Source: Octopus sinensis (taxonomy: Eukaryota). Taken from it: DNA of 64,000 nucleotides. The stretch covers positions 150,722,001 to 150,786,000 of the forward strand of contig NC_042997.1 in assembly GCF_006345805.1 (NCBI RefSeq), in the 5' to 3' direction. This document shows, piece by piece, positions 12,270-26,439 of this stretch (positions are counted from its first letter, which is position 1; each line of letters starts with the position of its first letter). Both the position numbers and the translations under genes were made by a program. The notes under the pieces were generated by a model. The model was given only the letters and a program-made list of their open reading frames with translations. It searched no databases and was not told the DNA's origin.

Positions 12270-13460
12270 AATGCTCTCATTTAGCCACTGGAACACATCC
12301 GGATGAACAACTCATTTGAGCTCTTCGAAATTTCAGCTCTGCAGAGAAACACGGTACTAATTTATTACATCGACATTGACATTTACGATGAAGAGTAGCC
12401 GCAGCTGATGAGTTTCAATTTAGCAACTGGCCACGAAGATTTCCCAGATATTAACATGAAGCCATATAAGCAGGATTGTATGGAATCCCTTCAGCTAGTT
12501 TTCCAGAGTTTCCTTGTACATGGTTAACTTCCTAAAACACTAAAATAAGGCATCATATGTCCTATCAATAAAGTGGGGAGCTGAGCTAAAATATACACCC
12601 CTATCTCTTTGAATTCTCATACAAGAAAGTCATTGAATGAGTCGTAAGAAGGAAAGTGATAGGTTTCTTAGAAAATAATGACTTGCTGGACGATACGTAG
12701 CATAGTCTCTGTTCAGGAAGAAGCTGTCTCACACAGCTGTTATGTCATAACAGCCGAGTAGCTACCTGAAACCCCAGTCATTATGTCATATTGACTGGAG
12801 TTTCAGGTAGCTACTCGGCTATCGAAAAGTCGAAGTTGTATATATGTTGATTCTGAAAAGACCTGAATAATAAAAGGCAAATTCTGAGTGGAGCCCCCCA
12901 GTCAGATTTTGGGGCCAGTCCTGTTTATCGATCCTTTCTCAGACTTAACTATGGTGAATCAGGTACCCATTGTAACTAGTTACGTGGAATGATATAAATT
13001 TATCTTTATTGCCTGTGATAATTTTGTATCATAGGCAACAAAAGGAAACTGCCGTTGTCGCAAGTTTGCCATAGGACCTAAATACAATAAAGAGATAGGC
13101 TGAAGAGAACACAAATATTTGCAATATAGTACTGGAAAATTTCAAGCGATGTCCTATCGACCCGAAATCACTGCAATCTTAGAGTCGCATCTAGGGATAA
13201 ACTTGAAGATCAGTATACCTCGTTTCATATGCATATTACCAAGGTGGCAAGAAAGTGTTGACAATAAGCGGGATTATCACTAATGCCCTTTAGAACAAGA
13301 GATCATGACATTATGTTGTCCTTGTGGAAATCGACTTTTCAAGCTGCCTTGAAGACCGCGTTCAACTCTTATCTCCACATAATGTCATACTAACAGCAGA
13401 GCCTGATGCCTTCAACGCTACCGCAGTGAAAAGGTTGCGAAAGTGTAGCAGATGAACTAC
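12270..13460 (+). mobile_element. CR1-type LINE, RT remnant
   Basis: ATGHEDFP, GIICPINKVG, YTPISL, GFLENNDLLDDT*HSLCSGRSCLTQLL and SGAPQ match CR1 RT domains 1-4. Confidence 0.8.
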
Positions 13461-13489
13461 TAGGAGTTCTTATACCTGAGAGCGAAAAC

Positions 13490-13596
13490 GCGAGATAGAT
13501 CGATAGATAAATAGATAGACATACCGGCAAACAAACAGTCAGACATACAGACAGTTAGAGAGACAGACAGAGAGACAGATTGATATATATATATAT

Positions 13597-13685
<89 letters not shown>

Positions 13686-13700
13686 TATAGATCTATGTAA
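13490..13700. repeat. (TAGA)n/(CAGA)n microsatellite
   Basis: Direct reading. Confidence 0.9.
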
Positions 13701-14027
13701 TGTATACTCGAAATTATATTTTGAGTCACTCGTCTTTTTTTTTCAGATATGTCAGAATTAAGCACATCAGCTGGTAGGGATTGTTAACACAAAATTTGTG
13801 GAACTCCGATCAGTAGCCGTCTTCAACTGTTTCATAATCAGGAATTGCAGGCGTTGCTCACATATGGTTTGGTGAATTTGGAGTCTAGATATGAAAATAT
13901 TTAGCGTCGTCTAATTTTTGCTGCCGATCTGTGATGCATATAGCGATATAACCAGTTCTAATAGACGGTGTAGAACAACAAAACCTTTAATTTCTACACA
14001 AGTAAACTCGTAATAACTATACTGAGT

Positions 14028-14290
14028 GCTCCGCGCAGCTTCTCTACACTAATACATCTGAAACTTGTGGCAGTTTCTGAGTCACTCAAAATACTAACAC
14101 TGGTAATGTATATGTGTGAGATGTGCAAGTAATTTGAAATATTGAATTTATGGGGGAGGGGTAATATCTCTGAAGATGGTTGAAAGGAGATGCCCTAAAT
14201 ATAAGATGTGATCGCAGTATTAGTATTTTGAGGAGTTCGAAAACTGCTAAAGGATTCAAATGTATTTGTGTAGAGAGGCAGACACGGAAC
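14028..14290. mobile_element. MITE-like fold-back element with ~75-bp imperfect TIRs
   Basis: Left arm ..CTCTACACTAATACATCTGAA..GCAGTTTC..CTCAAAATACTAACACTG. The reverse complement of the right arm reads CTCTACACAAATACATTTGAA..GCAGTTTTC..CTCAAAATACTAATACTG. Confidence 0.7.
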
Positions 14291-16959
14291 CAGAATGAAT
14301 GAAAATACCAATTGGTTGATCCTTTGGCCAATGAAGGGTAGACTGGATTCTGCGTATGCAAAAATAACTCCATTCGGAGTGAAATTTGATTAAGCAGTGT
14401 AGCGGCAACACTATTTGCCCAAAGAGTGTCATACGTTCTTCAAAGAAGAATAGTATAGCTAAAACATTTATAAGGTTGATAATGATGAAACCTAATAATT
14501 AATAACAAGTTACAATGCACACGATACGGAGACAACAGAACAATGTGATTTCATAAGATTGTCTTAATCCGTGGTACCAAACCAATTTGTCGGCCAACTT
14601 ACAACCTAGTATCTTTTTAATTTTGTCTAAAATTTTAATCCAAAAAGATTGTACTTTTGTTGATTTTAATGTTTTTTGGAGACCGGATATGTATTATAGA
14701 CGAGATCCAAGACCAGATATGTTCGAATTATGTATACAATACCTTTTATTCAGATATGCTTTAGACGATCTAATGTATTCTAAAGTATTTTTTTCTTTTT
14801 CTAGGAGTCATGTTCTATGTTGGAGGAGATGTATTTGTCAGTTCCAGCTTGTCGATCAAAATGTATAACGTTCCACATTTCAATCATATCGTTTGTCTTT
14901 CAAGCTTTTTACTCTGGACACCACTAATGTTCAAAATAAATATTGGACCAAAATCTCCTTATATATACAATCAAATATCGATAGCTTCCACTTTGACGCC
15001 TTTATGTTGGCGATGTTCTTTTTATCGTGCAAGTATTTCCTCTTTTTAACCATGGGTTAATCATGTTTGAGCAGGGATTTTGCTGGCGTGACCATCATAT
15101 TGTTCTTAATAACGTAGATTACAGTATTTGGTATGTCTTTTAACTGAGACATTTGATGTAATTGCTAGGAAACCTAGTTGTTGTTTCTAGAATTTAAGTC
15201 CTACTCTGTAGACATTGTCTGAATCACTTATTATATAAACCATGAGTAAATAAAGTCCAGAAACTCTTGTATGCCGTGTTATATATATTGTGAAACGCAG
15301 TAGAATCTACGAGAACAGAGATGATGGAACCTGAAGAATAACAGTTTCTAAGCTATCATTTTATAATATATAATTACAATAAAGCACAGAAATGCTGTAA
15401 AATGCGATATATGGAACATAAGAAGTTTTATAATGCCTATCAGCTCACTTATATATGAAAGACTGTGCTCACGGTTCAGGCCAGACATAAATTGCAAATG
15501 TAATTATAACCATATCTGCAAGTTCAATGTTCAGTTGAATACATTTGAATAAGTTTGCACAGTTTGTGTGTATTATTTCACTCAATGCTTTGTCTGGTGT
15601 GTGCACAAGGTTATGTGTGTATATGAATCTGTGTGCACTTAGGTCTATGAATTTAATAAATTTATTTCTTAGTAGGAATGAGTGACCGTGCTTATCATAT
15701 CTATTTGATTGCGTGGAACGTTTGTAGATGGCTACATTTGATCTAAAAATATGACACACAGATAATACAGAGAAATAACTACCTTTCTGCTTATATACGT
15801 ATGTATATGTGTATGTATATATGAATTTATGTATTTATGAGTTTATCTATCTATCTCTATCAATCTATCTATCAAGCTCTCATTTTCTCTCTCTCTCTCT
15901 CTCTCTCTCTCATGGAAATGAATGATCTCAGTGCGTGACAAATTTGCCGTTCTACCTGTGGCTCTTATTATTAATCACGTGAGGCTCCATCCATTGCAGG
16001 ATCCAGTGTGGTACGAATAGGGTTATATCGTAATATAAAGAACACATCAACTATGAGAGAAAATTATAAAGCATATATATGAAATCTTCAAGTACACTAG
16101 GAAATTGCACATGAGTAAATTTTGAATGTACATTTTCATGAGAGAACATTTCTGCTGAAAACATTAGCTATAGTAATGTACTTGTCACCGCTTCTAATTT
16201 GCGTGTTGTTCAATTTTGCAGTAGGATTCTGTTGATGTACAACTGTTTTGACGATCTTTAATAACACTTAATATGTTTTAAAACAATTTCCTTTACATAT
16301 CAGCGCAAAGTTTGTATTTAAACTTTAACCCAGACTCCTGGCGTACGAAGTATTAGTATGTTACACATGACACATGCACAAAAGGATTCTCCTATAACCT
16401 TCACTATTCAGTCAACTTTGGTACAAATCCGGAAACCAGTCTTACAAATGCATACGCACTCTCAATACATTTTTGTGTATTGTTATTATGCATTTATCCT
16501 TCTCTCACGCAAGATTGGTATTGCTTCAAGAAATACTCATTGATAGAATTAATTCCAAATAAAAAAAGGAAAATTCTCTCGTAAATAAAATACTTGAATA
16601 TGATGGATGAACCTAATCGCAATCCAAGAACTGGTAAGTAAAAAAAGACTAAGAGATTTATTTGGTATATTTTCTTTACTTAATGTATATATACTGTTAT
16701 ATTGGGAACTACTAGTTTAAGATATTTACGAATATACTCGATCGCACACAGTGAAATATATGTATATAGGTGAGCTTGACGTGTGCATGTATGCATGTGT
16801 AGGTGTGTGGATGATGGCATGAGGCTGGGAAGTGGACAGTGCTAGTGTGTGCGTGGTGGTGCGATGTGATGTGGTGTTGTGTGGTATGGTGGTGTATGGT
16901 GTCGTGGTGTTGGTATGTGGGGGAAGCGAGAATGGATAAATAAAGGGCGGGTGGGAGAA

Positions 16960-16972
16960 AGGTGTGTATATA

Positions 16973-17016
<44 letters not shown>

Positions 17017-17017
17017 A

Positions 17018-17048
<31 letters not shown>

Positions 17049-17097
17049 ATATTTGTATGTATCTATCTTAGTATATTTGCATATATATATATATATA

Positions 17098-17141
<44 letters not shown>

Positions 17142-17400
17142 ATATAAATAAATATGTGTGTTTGTGTCTATGCATGCATGTTTTACGTATGTTTTTCTCC
17201 CACAGTCTACACACACATAAATATATGCACACACATTCATTCAAGCACACGTGCATATATACATATGTATATACACAGCTATATGTATTCACATTTTCGA
17301 ACGTGTGTTTATGTGTATATATATACGTATATCTACGTATGCATGTCTACATATACGACATTTTATAAAGATATCTCTCTTTTTTTTTATGTTTTCCTCT
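16960..17400. repeat. (CT)n/(TA)n/(TG)n compound microsatellite
   Basis: Direct reading. Confidence 0.9.
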
Positions 17401-18305
17401 CTTTAACGGTACTTTTCAGTGTGTATACATTTCTTGAGATATATCTAGTATTTATGCTAATAGTATCTGAAAGCCCAATTAGATTTTGATGCCGCAATTA
17501 AAATCCCATCAGAAAATTACGTAAATTTGAAATATTTTATTTTAATAGGAAAGTTTGCAAAGCAATAATTTTGCTGAATTCATTAAACATTACAGAATTG
17601 ACAGCTACATGAAGTTTGCAATTATAATAAATGGCCTTAGTAAAAGCATTTGTCACATTGTCACAGCTGCTAACAGGCCCCTAGCAAGGCATTCACTGTT
17701 TTAAATTTTGCTTCCATACCGACAAGAATGTAATTGACAGGCAGAATTATAGTAAAAGAAGCAGCTGTAACAGTTGTAGTTGTAGTAGTAGTAGTGATGT
17801 AGTTTGTTGCAAAAATGACAGTGCAGCCACCACAACAAGATAAATAATTAGGATGGCCATGACAACAATTCTTTGTCCATGAGTGCACAATAGTGTGAAA
17901 TCTATTAAATGATTGGGAAAAATTTCTCACTTAAGGAATTCAGGCGTACACAAAACAAGCTTTATCTTCCACTCACTTTATCCACACCAGGTTCAGTTAT
18001 GCAGACACGAATCACTTTTACATATATATATAATGTCAATGTCATTCGCACAAGTGTTTATACACGCAATCTCAATAATTTTATCATGTTGCTGGGTGCA
18101 TGCAAGCAAAAGTCTTCAATTATTGTACGCACATCCGTAGAGCTTCTCTGAATAATACACGATGGAAGAGATTCATGTTGTATTGTTTTAATTGAAAGAG
18201 AATGAAAATGCTACTAAAAGACAACAAGAGGGAGAGACAAAGACAGAGAACTTTCAGAAAGAAAGAAATCGAAAAACATGAATATATATAAAATCATGTC
18301 ATATA

Positions 18306-18351
<46 letters not shown>

Positions 18352-19159
18352 CATGTAATCATGTATGTCTATATATATATATGTATATTCATACATACAT
18401 TTGTATAAACCCATACAAATTCACGCACACACATACACGTATACATGTACATATGTGTATGTGATCATGTATTATGAATGCATTGAACTAACTATGAAGA
18501 AAACGATATGAGAACATGTTTTAACCAGATTATTAGTTTTAAGCTGATAACAGTGTAATGCCTCCCTGACGTTTCTGATATTATTCCTAATTCGTAAGAA
18601 AGGTAAATAAAAATTCATAAAGGCGTGTGAGCGAGAAGAGTGTTTCGAAGAAAGTTTTAACAACGTACAGTTAATATGGGTCTAGCGGGAATGCGTTTGT
18701 ATGGGAGAGAGGCCAGTTACTGCTGCATTTTCCGTAAGCCATCACTTAATGTTTCTTGTTAAGAACTTATATTTGAAAAATAACGAAACGTTTTATTTTG
18801 CCTATCAGGGACGACAATTTCACGTTCAGGCATGTGTCTGGGTGTATATACGAGACATTAAAAAGAATATAAATGGAAGAAATGTATCTGTTGTTCTCAG
18901 ACATTCGTCTCTATTTGATATTTGATGTGTTTTAATATTGCAGGTTCATAAGATCCCTTATGCAATACCGACAGTGTACATTGCATAAGGTAGATATGAC
19001 ACATATGTGTCTATCTTAATTAAATAGCTCCTCATCTGCGTGTGTCGGATACACGAGCGCAAACACACATGCACACACCCACACACACACACATACATAC
19101 ACATATATTATATTATTATATGCATATATATATATATAATATATATATATATATAATAT

Positions 19160-19191
<32 letters not shown>

Positions 19192-19199
19192 CAATTTAC

Positions 19200-19500
19200 C
19201 TTTTGCCTTTCACCTTTTGCGTCAGTCATTAAGCTGCGGTCATGCAGGACCACCGCTTTGTAGATTTTAGTCGAACAAATTAACCACAGTACTTATCTTT
19301 TAAAGCCTATTACTTATTCTATCTTTCTTTGGGACGTACATACACCGAATGTCAAATGGTAATCTGGGATAATTTCAGACGCGCGCGCGCGCGCGTCTAC
19401 ATACGCATACATGACCATCTTCTTTCAGGTTCCCTCTACCAATCGACTGACAAGTCACCGGTCAGCCCGAGACTATAGTAGAAGACACATACGAGTTCTG
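19200..19500 (-). mobile_element. tRNA-derived SINE, family B, diverged
   Basis: Contains CAGTCATTAAGCTGCGGTCATGCAGGACCACCGCTTT and TTCCCTCTACCAATCGACTGACAAG..GCCCGAGACTATAGTAGAAGACAC, the reverse of 27085-27665. Confidence 0.75.
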
Positions 19501-19609
19501 ATCAATAAGAATCGAGAATGTTAGCGTAGTAATGACACTAAATCATGCAGTATAAAGCCGCTTGGCACAGAATGACTTTGACCTCGGCTGTGTATGTGTA
19601 CTACGTTTT

Positions 19610-20160
19610 AACGTTCTAGCTGACTTTCTTCATTTACAACAGTGGTTGGAAGTAACGTATGTAACGTCTGATCCTCGCACTGACCATGACAGAAATAGTT
19701 GTCACGGTGATACCTGCTGAGAGGTCCGCGCAAAGTGACAGAAAGTATATGGAGAGGAATGTATGAGTCGCACACAAGTTTATAAGTGTTTCGAACTATT
19801 CCAAGATGACCGAATAATCTCCATAATGACGAAAGGTCTAAGGCATGCAACCAGAAGATATGAGAAAATCAGAAATCGCAGATGTACGTGCAGCAATGAG
19901 AGGAAATCGTCGAATCACGATCTCTGTGTTATCAGAGGATGTACAGATTAGTTACGGTTCAGTTCAATCCATTATCACCGAAGTCTAGGGTATGGAACTC
20001 GTCTCTACTAAGTTGGTGCCAAAATTGCTTTCAGTTGAACAGGATACCCGAGTTTCAGTTGAAGATTTCCTTGAATGTATCGTTAAAACTTATTGCGCAC
20101 ACACAGAAGAGGTCATGTTAAATTTGTGCCAAGCAGCTTCACTTAGCGAGCTTTAGCTTC
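19610..20160 (+). mobile_element. Mariner transposase N-terminal (HTH) remnant
   Basis: KVYGEECMSRTQVYKCFELFQD..VRAAMRGNRRITISVLSEDVQISYGSVQSII..MELVSTKLVPKLLS; the last motif corresponds to mariner WVPKLL. Confidence 0.8.
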
Positions 20161-20631
20161 GTTACTATGTCAACAATCCGAACATTTATTGACCAGACCA
20201 CGTATATATATATATAGAAAAACGCCATGGATAATATAAACATGGGCATAAAGACTTTTTATGATGGTTGTCGTTAGATCTTTTTCGAATGGAAAGCTTT
20301 TTCAACCCAGAATGAACGAGAAGAAACAACATGTATATGCGATTGAATGCTTACAACGCATGTCATCTTATACAATGAATATGCCAATGTACATTTAAAG
20401 ATATTGAATTACTGATTTGTTTTTCTTTATCTACTCAAGCATTAGCAAATGAGCCATGTGCAAATATTTGAAGTAATATCATATAAATACAACGTTTTAG
20501 GCAGTTTAAATATGCTTGTGACAAATTTGGACGAATAAACAGGTCATTCATTGTGTTTAGTCATGGAGAAAATTTGTCACTGGTGACGATCGTGAATATA
20601 CACAAAGATCAGCTCGTAGCGCCCCATTTCC

Positions 20632-21018
20632 AGGCTATAAGATGCAGCATTTCGGAGTAATTGTCTCCTCTTCGGTCACTGACACTGGACACAGGGTAGT
20701 GCGAAATGATGAAAACAAGAGATTCACCGTACGATCGCTGATAATAATGCAGCGGTTAACAGTAAGTAAATTACGAACTAGGCGCACCCAGCAATGAAAT
20801 TTGAACAGGTAATTACATTGCATTTATACACATCACTGCTTAACGCTCCTACTTCATAATTTGCTTACGGTGAACCGCCGCATAACGTTAACAGGCATTG
20901 TATGGTGACTGAAATAACATAAGGAAATGACTCTCTTTCACCAGTTCGCTGTACCTTGTGCCCAATGTCTGTGACCGAAGGAGAGAGAACTACTCTGAAA
21001 TGCTGCATCTCCCAGCCT
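20632..21018. mobile_element. MITE with ~70-bp imperfect TIRs
   Basis: Left arm AGATGCAGCATTTCGGAGTAATTGTCTCCTCTTCGGTCACTGACACTGGACACAGGGTA. Reverse complement of the right arm: AGATGCAGCATTTCAGAGTAGTTCTCTCTCCTTCGGTCACAGACATTGGGCACAAGGTA. Confidence 0.8.
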
Positions 21019-21488
21019 TGAGAAGAATACTGCGAACTGATCTAGGTGCATTTACACAATTTTCAACAGCAAGAAAATTTCTGCATGACATATCACAGTA
21101 ACTGGCTTGTTTATTAGTTCAAACGTCCCACAAGCATATTTGAAATGGTAATAACATTGCATTTATACATATCACCGCTTAGCCGTCCTTCTTCCTAATA
21201 TCATATACGAATTAGCGGAATGCAAAGCGCGTTGTCCTTTGTAAAACTAACGGAATGGTGTAAGATCACGGATGAACTTAGTTTAAATTATCACCTGTAT
21301 TGTGGTACAATCTGCGTTAACCTTGTAGCTTATATCAGATAATGACAAGTATACTAGAGTACGATCAAACACGTTCAAAAGCTAGGAACACTTTTTACAA
21401 TTCAACCACTTACTTTATCTCTTCACTCAATATTGAGGCCAAGTGTTATGTTAAAATATGTGATCCATAAACAGGTCGAAGTGAGACG

Positions 21489-21524
<36 letters not shown>

Positions 21525-22029
21525 AAAACTCGAACAGAAATAGTGTCGAGATTTATAGATGGGAAAATTCAGTTCATGGGGGGAAAATCTGGAGGCGGGT
21601 CTTTCAAAAGCTTTGAATCAAAGTTACTTTGTTATAGGCGGCAACATTAATGGAAAAACCGTATTTAGTACCATTTATCAATAATTGATCTCATCGACCT
21701 ACCACTTTCAGAGTAGATATTTAATGAATTACCGAATTTTGCTGATGATAAAATCTCCCTTATTGCTGTGAAAAATAGGCTAATTGCATTTGCAATTAAC
21801 TGTCTGTGCAAGAGATAGGTGAATGACCGCTGTTGGTTTCAGGCGGTCGCATAACTGTATGAACAACAAATGAATTTCAAAGGATTATCGAGAAAGAGTA
21901 ATTTTGATTTAGTGTAACAAAAGTTAATTGATATTTCACAGATAAAGGAATCAGATTGGAGCGAGATTAAACGCCGCCTTGATGACTGAGATGGGTCACC
22001 TTTCCATTTGTATATTACCACTAAATATG

Positions 22030-22170
22030 TGTGGTGGAGCATGGCTTGTTGGGGAAAATTGTTCGACTCACGATCGTAAGATTATGGTTTCGATTCCCAG
22101 ACCGGGCGAGTGGTTGTGTTCGTATTTGACGTTGCTCAAGTCCACTCAGCGTGCAAAAATATGTAATCCT
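22030..22170 (+). mobile_element. tRNA-derived SINE head, diverged
   Basis: B-box-like GGTTTCGATTCCC followed by a SINE-like body. Confidence 0.5.
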
Positions 22171-22374
22171 GCCACAGACACGCGTGTCGTCCGGGTGAAT
22201 AAATATTTACGCCATGAAACCTGGAAATCGGTATAACTCAAGAAGATAACTTTACTTTACCAAACATGTAAGTAAACTTTTTCACTCTCATCATTTAGGA
22301 TTTAAACATTTAGTAGTTTTATCATTGTTCGAGACATCTGACAGAGAATTAAAATATATGCACTCACGTCAATG

Positions 22375-22705
<331 letters not shown>

Positions 22706-23399
22706 TGTAAAATTATCTAAAATCCAACCATCATCATATAAAAGAGTCTAATATGACAAATAGCTTTTATGTTAACTGCTTTCACTTATTAGGCATCGAA
22801 GATGAAAACGTTTATTTCTATGCTGCACTAGATTAGTTTCCACCTGAATATAGACTTCAGTGCAGAAAGTTATAAAATATCGCTGATTAAGCTTTATTAC
22901 AGAAATAAGCATGATTTACGTTACGTTTATTAATCGTACTTAATTTTGATATATTTCTTTTATTTGCACATTCGGACGACCAACTTACATATAAATTATA
23001 TATGTTTTCTTATATATAAATGCAAGTTATTTAATTTTGCTCCTGAGTGACGTTATGGAGTGAGAAGTTGGCTGAAGACATTTTGGGGAAAAATTTGATT
23101 GCAGAAGGAAAAGTTTTTCTTTCTTGTTTATTCTTACTGCGTAACAAGTCTCTTATAATATGAAACATAAGAATTGATGCAAGGTTGTGAGAGTCGTTAG
23201 ACGCATACTGTCAAACATAGTCTGATGAGTTTTTTCCGAAGTGTTAGAGATAGAGATACAGGCTTTTCATGGTTTGGGGGACAGAGATACAAGACATTGC
23301 ACATAGTCCTGTGTTTATCATTGGTAAAATCGCGAGAGGTGTAGAGGGTGTAATGTAGACGAAGCTGTTAATAAGGCATTAATGCATAGTGTATAAGAG

Positions 23400-24400
23400 A
23401 ATTCCATTCGATAATGCCGATTGAATCCTAAAAGATCTCTGACAAAACATTAATATCCCGTGTGCAGTCGCAGTCTTGTACTGTATTGATTTGATTTCAG
23501 GTAAACTCTGCCATGGTTTGAAACAATGTACACTTGCTGATGAATTGAGAGATTTCTTCAAACAATTATATAAGTGGAGACGAATTGATAATCTTCCTCT
23601 ATTTTATAGGCAGGACATTTAAACATTATATAATGCGTCAGCAGGCCACTTTCAAAATATTTTTTATTTAATTTCACTAAAGGTTAGCAATGAAAGGGCA
23701 GATGCCACAAATCCACATATTGGAGAAGAATCCGCAACAACTTTCAAAAAATGCTAAAAGTATTTTAACTACAATTCTTCAGAGAAATTTCAGTCATGTG
23801 TCTTCATGAACCTGCTATCGTCGCTCCCATAAATTACTTTATTCAGGATATTAATGCTAACATCTGTCAATATGTCCATAACAGATGGTATATATCACTC
23901 AACACCATGGGTAAGTTCCAAGATTTTTTCAAATAACGAACAAATTTTCCCTATGCTCTTCAGCTCATTGGCAACGTACCTTACCAGTTTTGAGAGCCCC
24001 AAATGTCGGAAAAGATAGAAGTACTGTCAAACATTTATCAATATAAGATGGAAACTAGCACTTTTATAGTTTCTGATAAAAATAGCTGTCCTTACTCCAT
24101 ATCTGCCTGGTATTATATCAGGTATATTATTATGTTCTTGAGGTATACCGATCATCAAATTAGTTGGACTGCTCGTGAATGTTGTAACAGTTGAAATCAC
24201 ATGAAAGCGCAAGGTCAACTTCTTGTAGACGGAGGAAGTAGATTGCTTTACGAAGCCTCATAAGATAACTTGTTTTCCCCAGAGCTATTACCCCATAACA
24301 CATTTTGGTACGAAAAGATTCTAGTCTATGCGTTGCTTATCGGCATATTATTTAAAGAAATTATATAAAGTAAATCATAGAAATTAATGGTAATTTACAG
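23400..24400 (+). mobile_element. Possible very old L1/Tx1-like RT remnant
   Basis: Weak motif echoes only: APINYFIQDINANICQYVHNRW resembles RPI.LLN.D.KIL..ILANRL; SCPYSISAWYY and RYTDH resemble GCPLSP.LY and YADD. Many stops. Confidence 0.25.
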
Positions 24401-25878
24401 CATATCATAGACATGTAGGAATAATTCAAATATCGAAATGCATCTGCACTTCGGGTAAATTATATATGCAAATCTAATTCCATTAAAATTCGGGGTATAG
24501 CAACGTCTAGTTTAACAGAAGAAAAACTTCTATACACAATCACCTACGGTGAAGTGTTGTGTACTTGGAGCAGTGTGTGCGTTCACACACACAGGCGCGC
24601 GTACACGCACATACTCATTCACTCATATAACAGACGAGAATATATCTCATTGGGAATCACCGTTATAAGACTGCTATATCATAGGATACGACCTGTGAAA
24701 AGACTTGTGTCATTATTCTCACGCTTAATTACTTTCACCACGGGTATATTACGGGGAATATTTTGTGGATCCAACACAAGAAGAATGGTAGAACTAGGCG
24801 TATGCACGTCCAAATAATTGTAGTACTTGCTGAAGGACTTGTGAACAACTCCTTTTATTTTTAGATCCCCCAACAGAAATAATATCATAGCATAGATTTG
24901 TATATCTTCCCTGTATTAATATTAGTTACCAAAGGATTTCTGATGATAAAACCGCAATATTTATGACAACGCACCAGCAATTAAATGTGAAAAGTCTATA
25001 TATATGGTATATTCCGTTTGCAGCAAAAGTAATGAATAATGGTATACCGAATAGATATCTCAGATTGTATCTGATAACTTTATGTAGCTTTATTACTTGA
25101 TAACTTTGCGCAGCGTTATTGTAATGGCAATTTACATCACGATTTATTCTCGTGATGTTAGAAAAATACAAGACGATATTAAAAACTGAAATAAAATTTA
25201 ACATCAGCAACGCTAAGAGACGTCATGCAATAAATAAAATGCATTTATTTTCTTTATTTTTACATATAAATTGAGATATTGCAATATTTCGTTACCAATC
25301 TATATCTTTTTTTAAAATTTTGTTATTCTATTAATATTAAGCACTTGAAGATGTTTTTGCATTTTTGTTCAATAAACCTCCGGAAATAGTAACAAGAATA
25401 TAGTTCATGCGCACGCCTTTCTCCTTCTGCGCGTGGGGGGTACGTGAGTGTATGTCTGTGTGTTTGTATGTGTGCGTATGTGTATGTGTGTGTATACTTG
25501 TGCATTGTGTCTCCATAGGGTTGTAAACATGCGTGTCTTTTATTTTCCCGCAAATTAAGTACAATTATAAGATGACGGGTTGAAATTAGAAAGAAAATTA
25601 TACTAAGAAGCAATACAACGAAGATAATGCATGAAATAAGAAGAAATGTACATAAAATACAGGAGCAGTGATAAAACCCAAATTTCGTGTAAGTGTTGGT
25701 ATGTGAGAAACCTTAAAGCGACAGTGAAACAGTGCATTATACCAGAAAGACATATATGGAGATATTTTAATACTCAACGAAAAATCATAAGAGATTCCGT
25801 GAATACATAAAAATAGATGCATGCTTTCATATGTGGGTGAGTATACACATGTATACATAGTTGTATATATGTATGTAT

Positions 25879-26150
25879 GCACAGGGTTTGGACAAAATAA
25901 TGGAAACACCTTAAAATTTCAAACAAATGTATTTTAATATGAAGTAGGACCGCCTTTGGCAGTAATTACAGATTGAATGCTACGAGGTAAGGACTCGTAT
26001 AAAGTTTGAATTGTTTCCAAAGGAAATTTTGTCCATTCTTCAGCAAAACAGTCTCCAGTTCTTGTAATGATGACGGTGGAGGATATCGTCTTCTTACTTG
26101 TTTTTCTAAAATGCATCATAAATGTCTAATAATATTGAGATCTGGGAATC
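25879..26150 (-). mobile_element. Tc1-like transposon 3' end
   Basis: TIR-like CACAGGGTTTGGACAAAATAATGGAAACACC. Minus frame EEWTKFPLETIQTLYESLPRSIQSVITAKGGPTSY* is a Tc1 transposase C-terminus. Confidence 0.85.
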
Positions 26151-26439
26151 TCAATGTTACGTATGTGTGTCTGTGGGCGGCGTTATTGGTTAAGATGTAG
26201 TCTAATGACAGTGATTCCGCCTTTTTCGTCAGCACCGAACATTCTGATGTTTGCTCAGTAGGCCGGAGTTTCTCTCAATACTCTACCTGTTGGCTCTCAA
26301 TACTCTACCTGTTGAAGAATAATAATGATGCACTCAAAAGAAGGCATTGAGTCATCTTTTCTATACTAAATATGTGGGTCTGTTGTGTGCGCGTGTGTGT
26401 GTGTGTGTGCGTGTGTGGGGGTGTGTGCTAATATACGTC

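Noticed and set aside
13780-13845. Minus-strand AACAG-TTGAAGA..CC-ACAAA-TTTT-GTGTT, resembling the PLE hammerhead
   Set aside because: Too many core changes and no real helix II; at most an unrecognisably decayed copy.
15225-15312. GAAAC-GCA-GTA helix III-like motif with an upstream CTGAATC
   Set aside because: The core is mismatched at two positions and helices I and II are unconvincing.
23215-23250. CTGATGAGTTTTTTCCGAAG hammerhead-like core
   Set aside because: GAAG instead of GAAA, and no helix I, II or III support.
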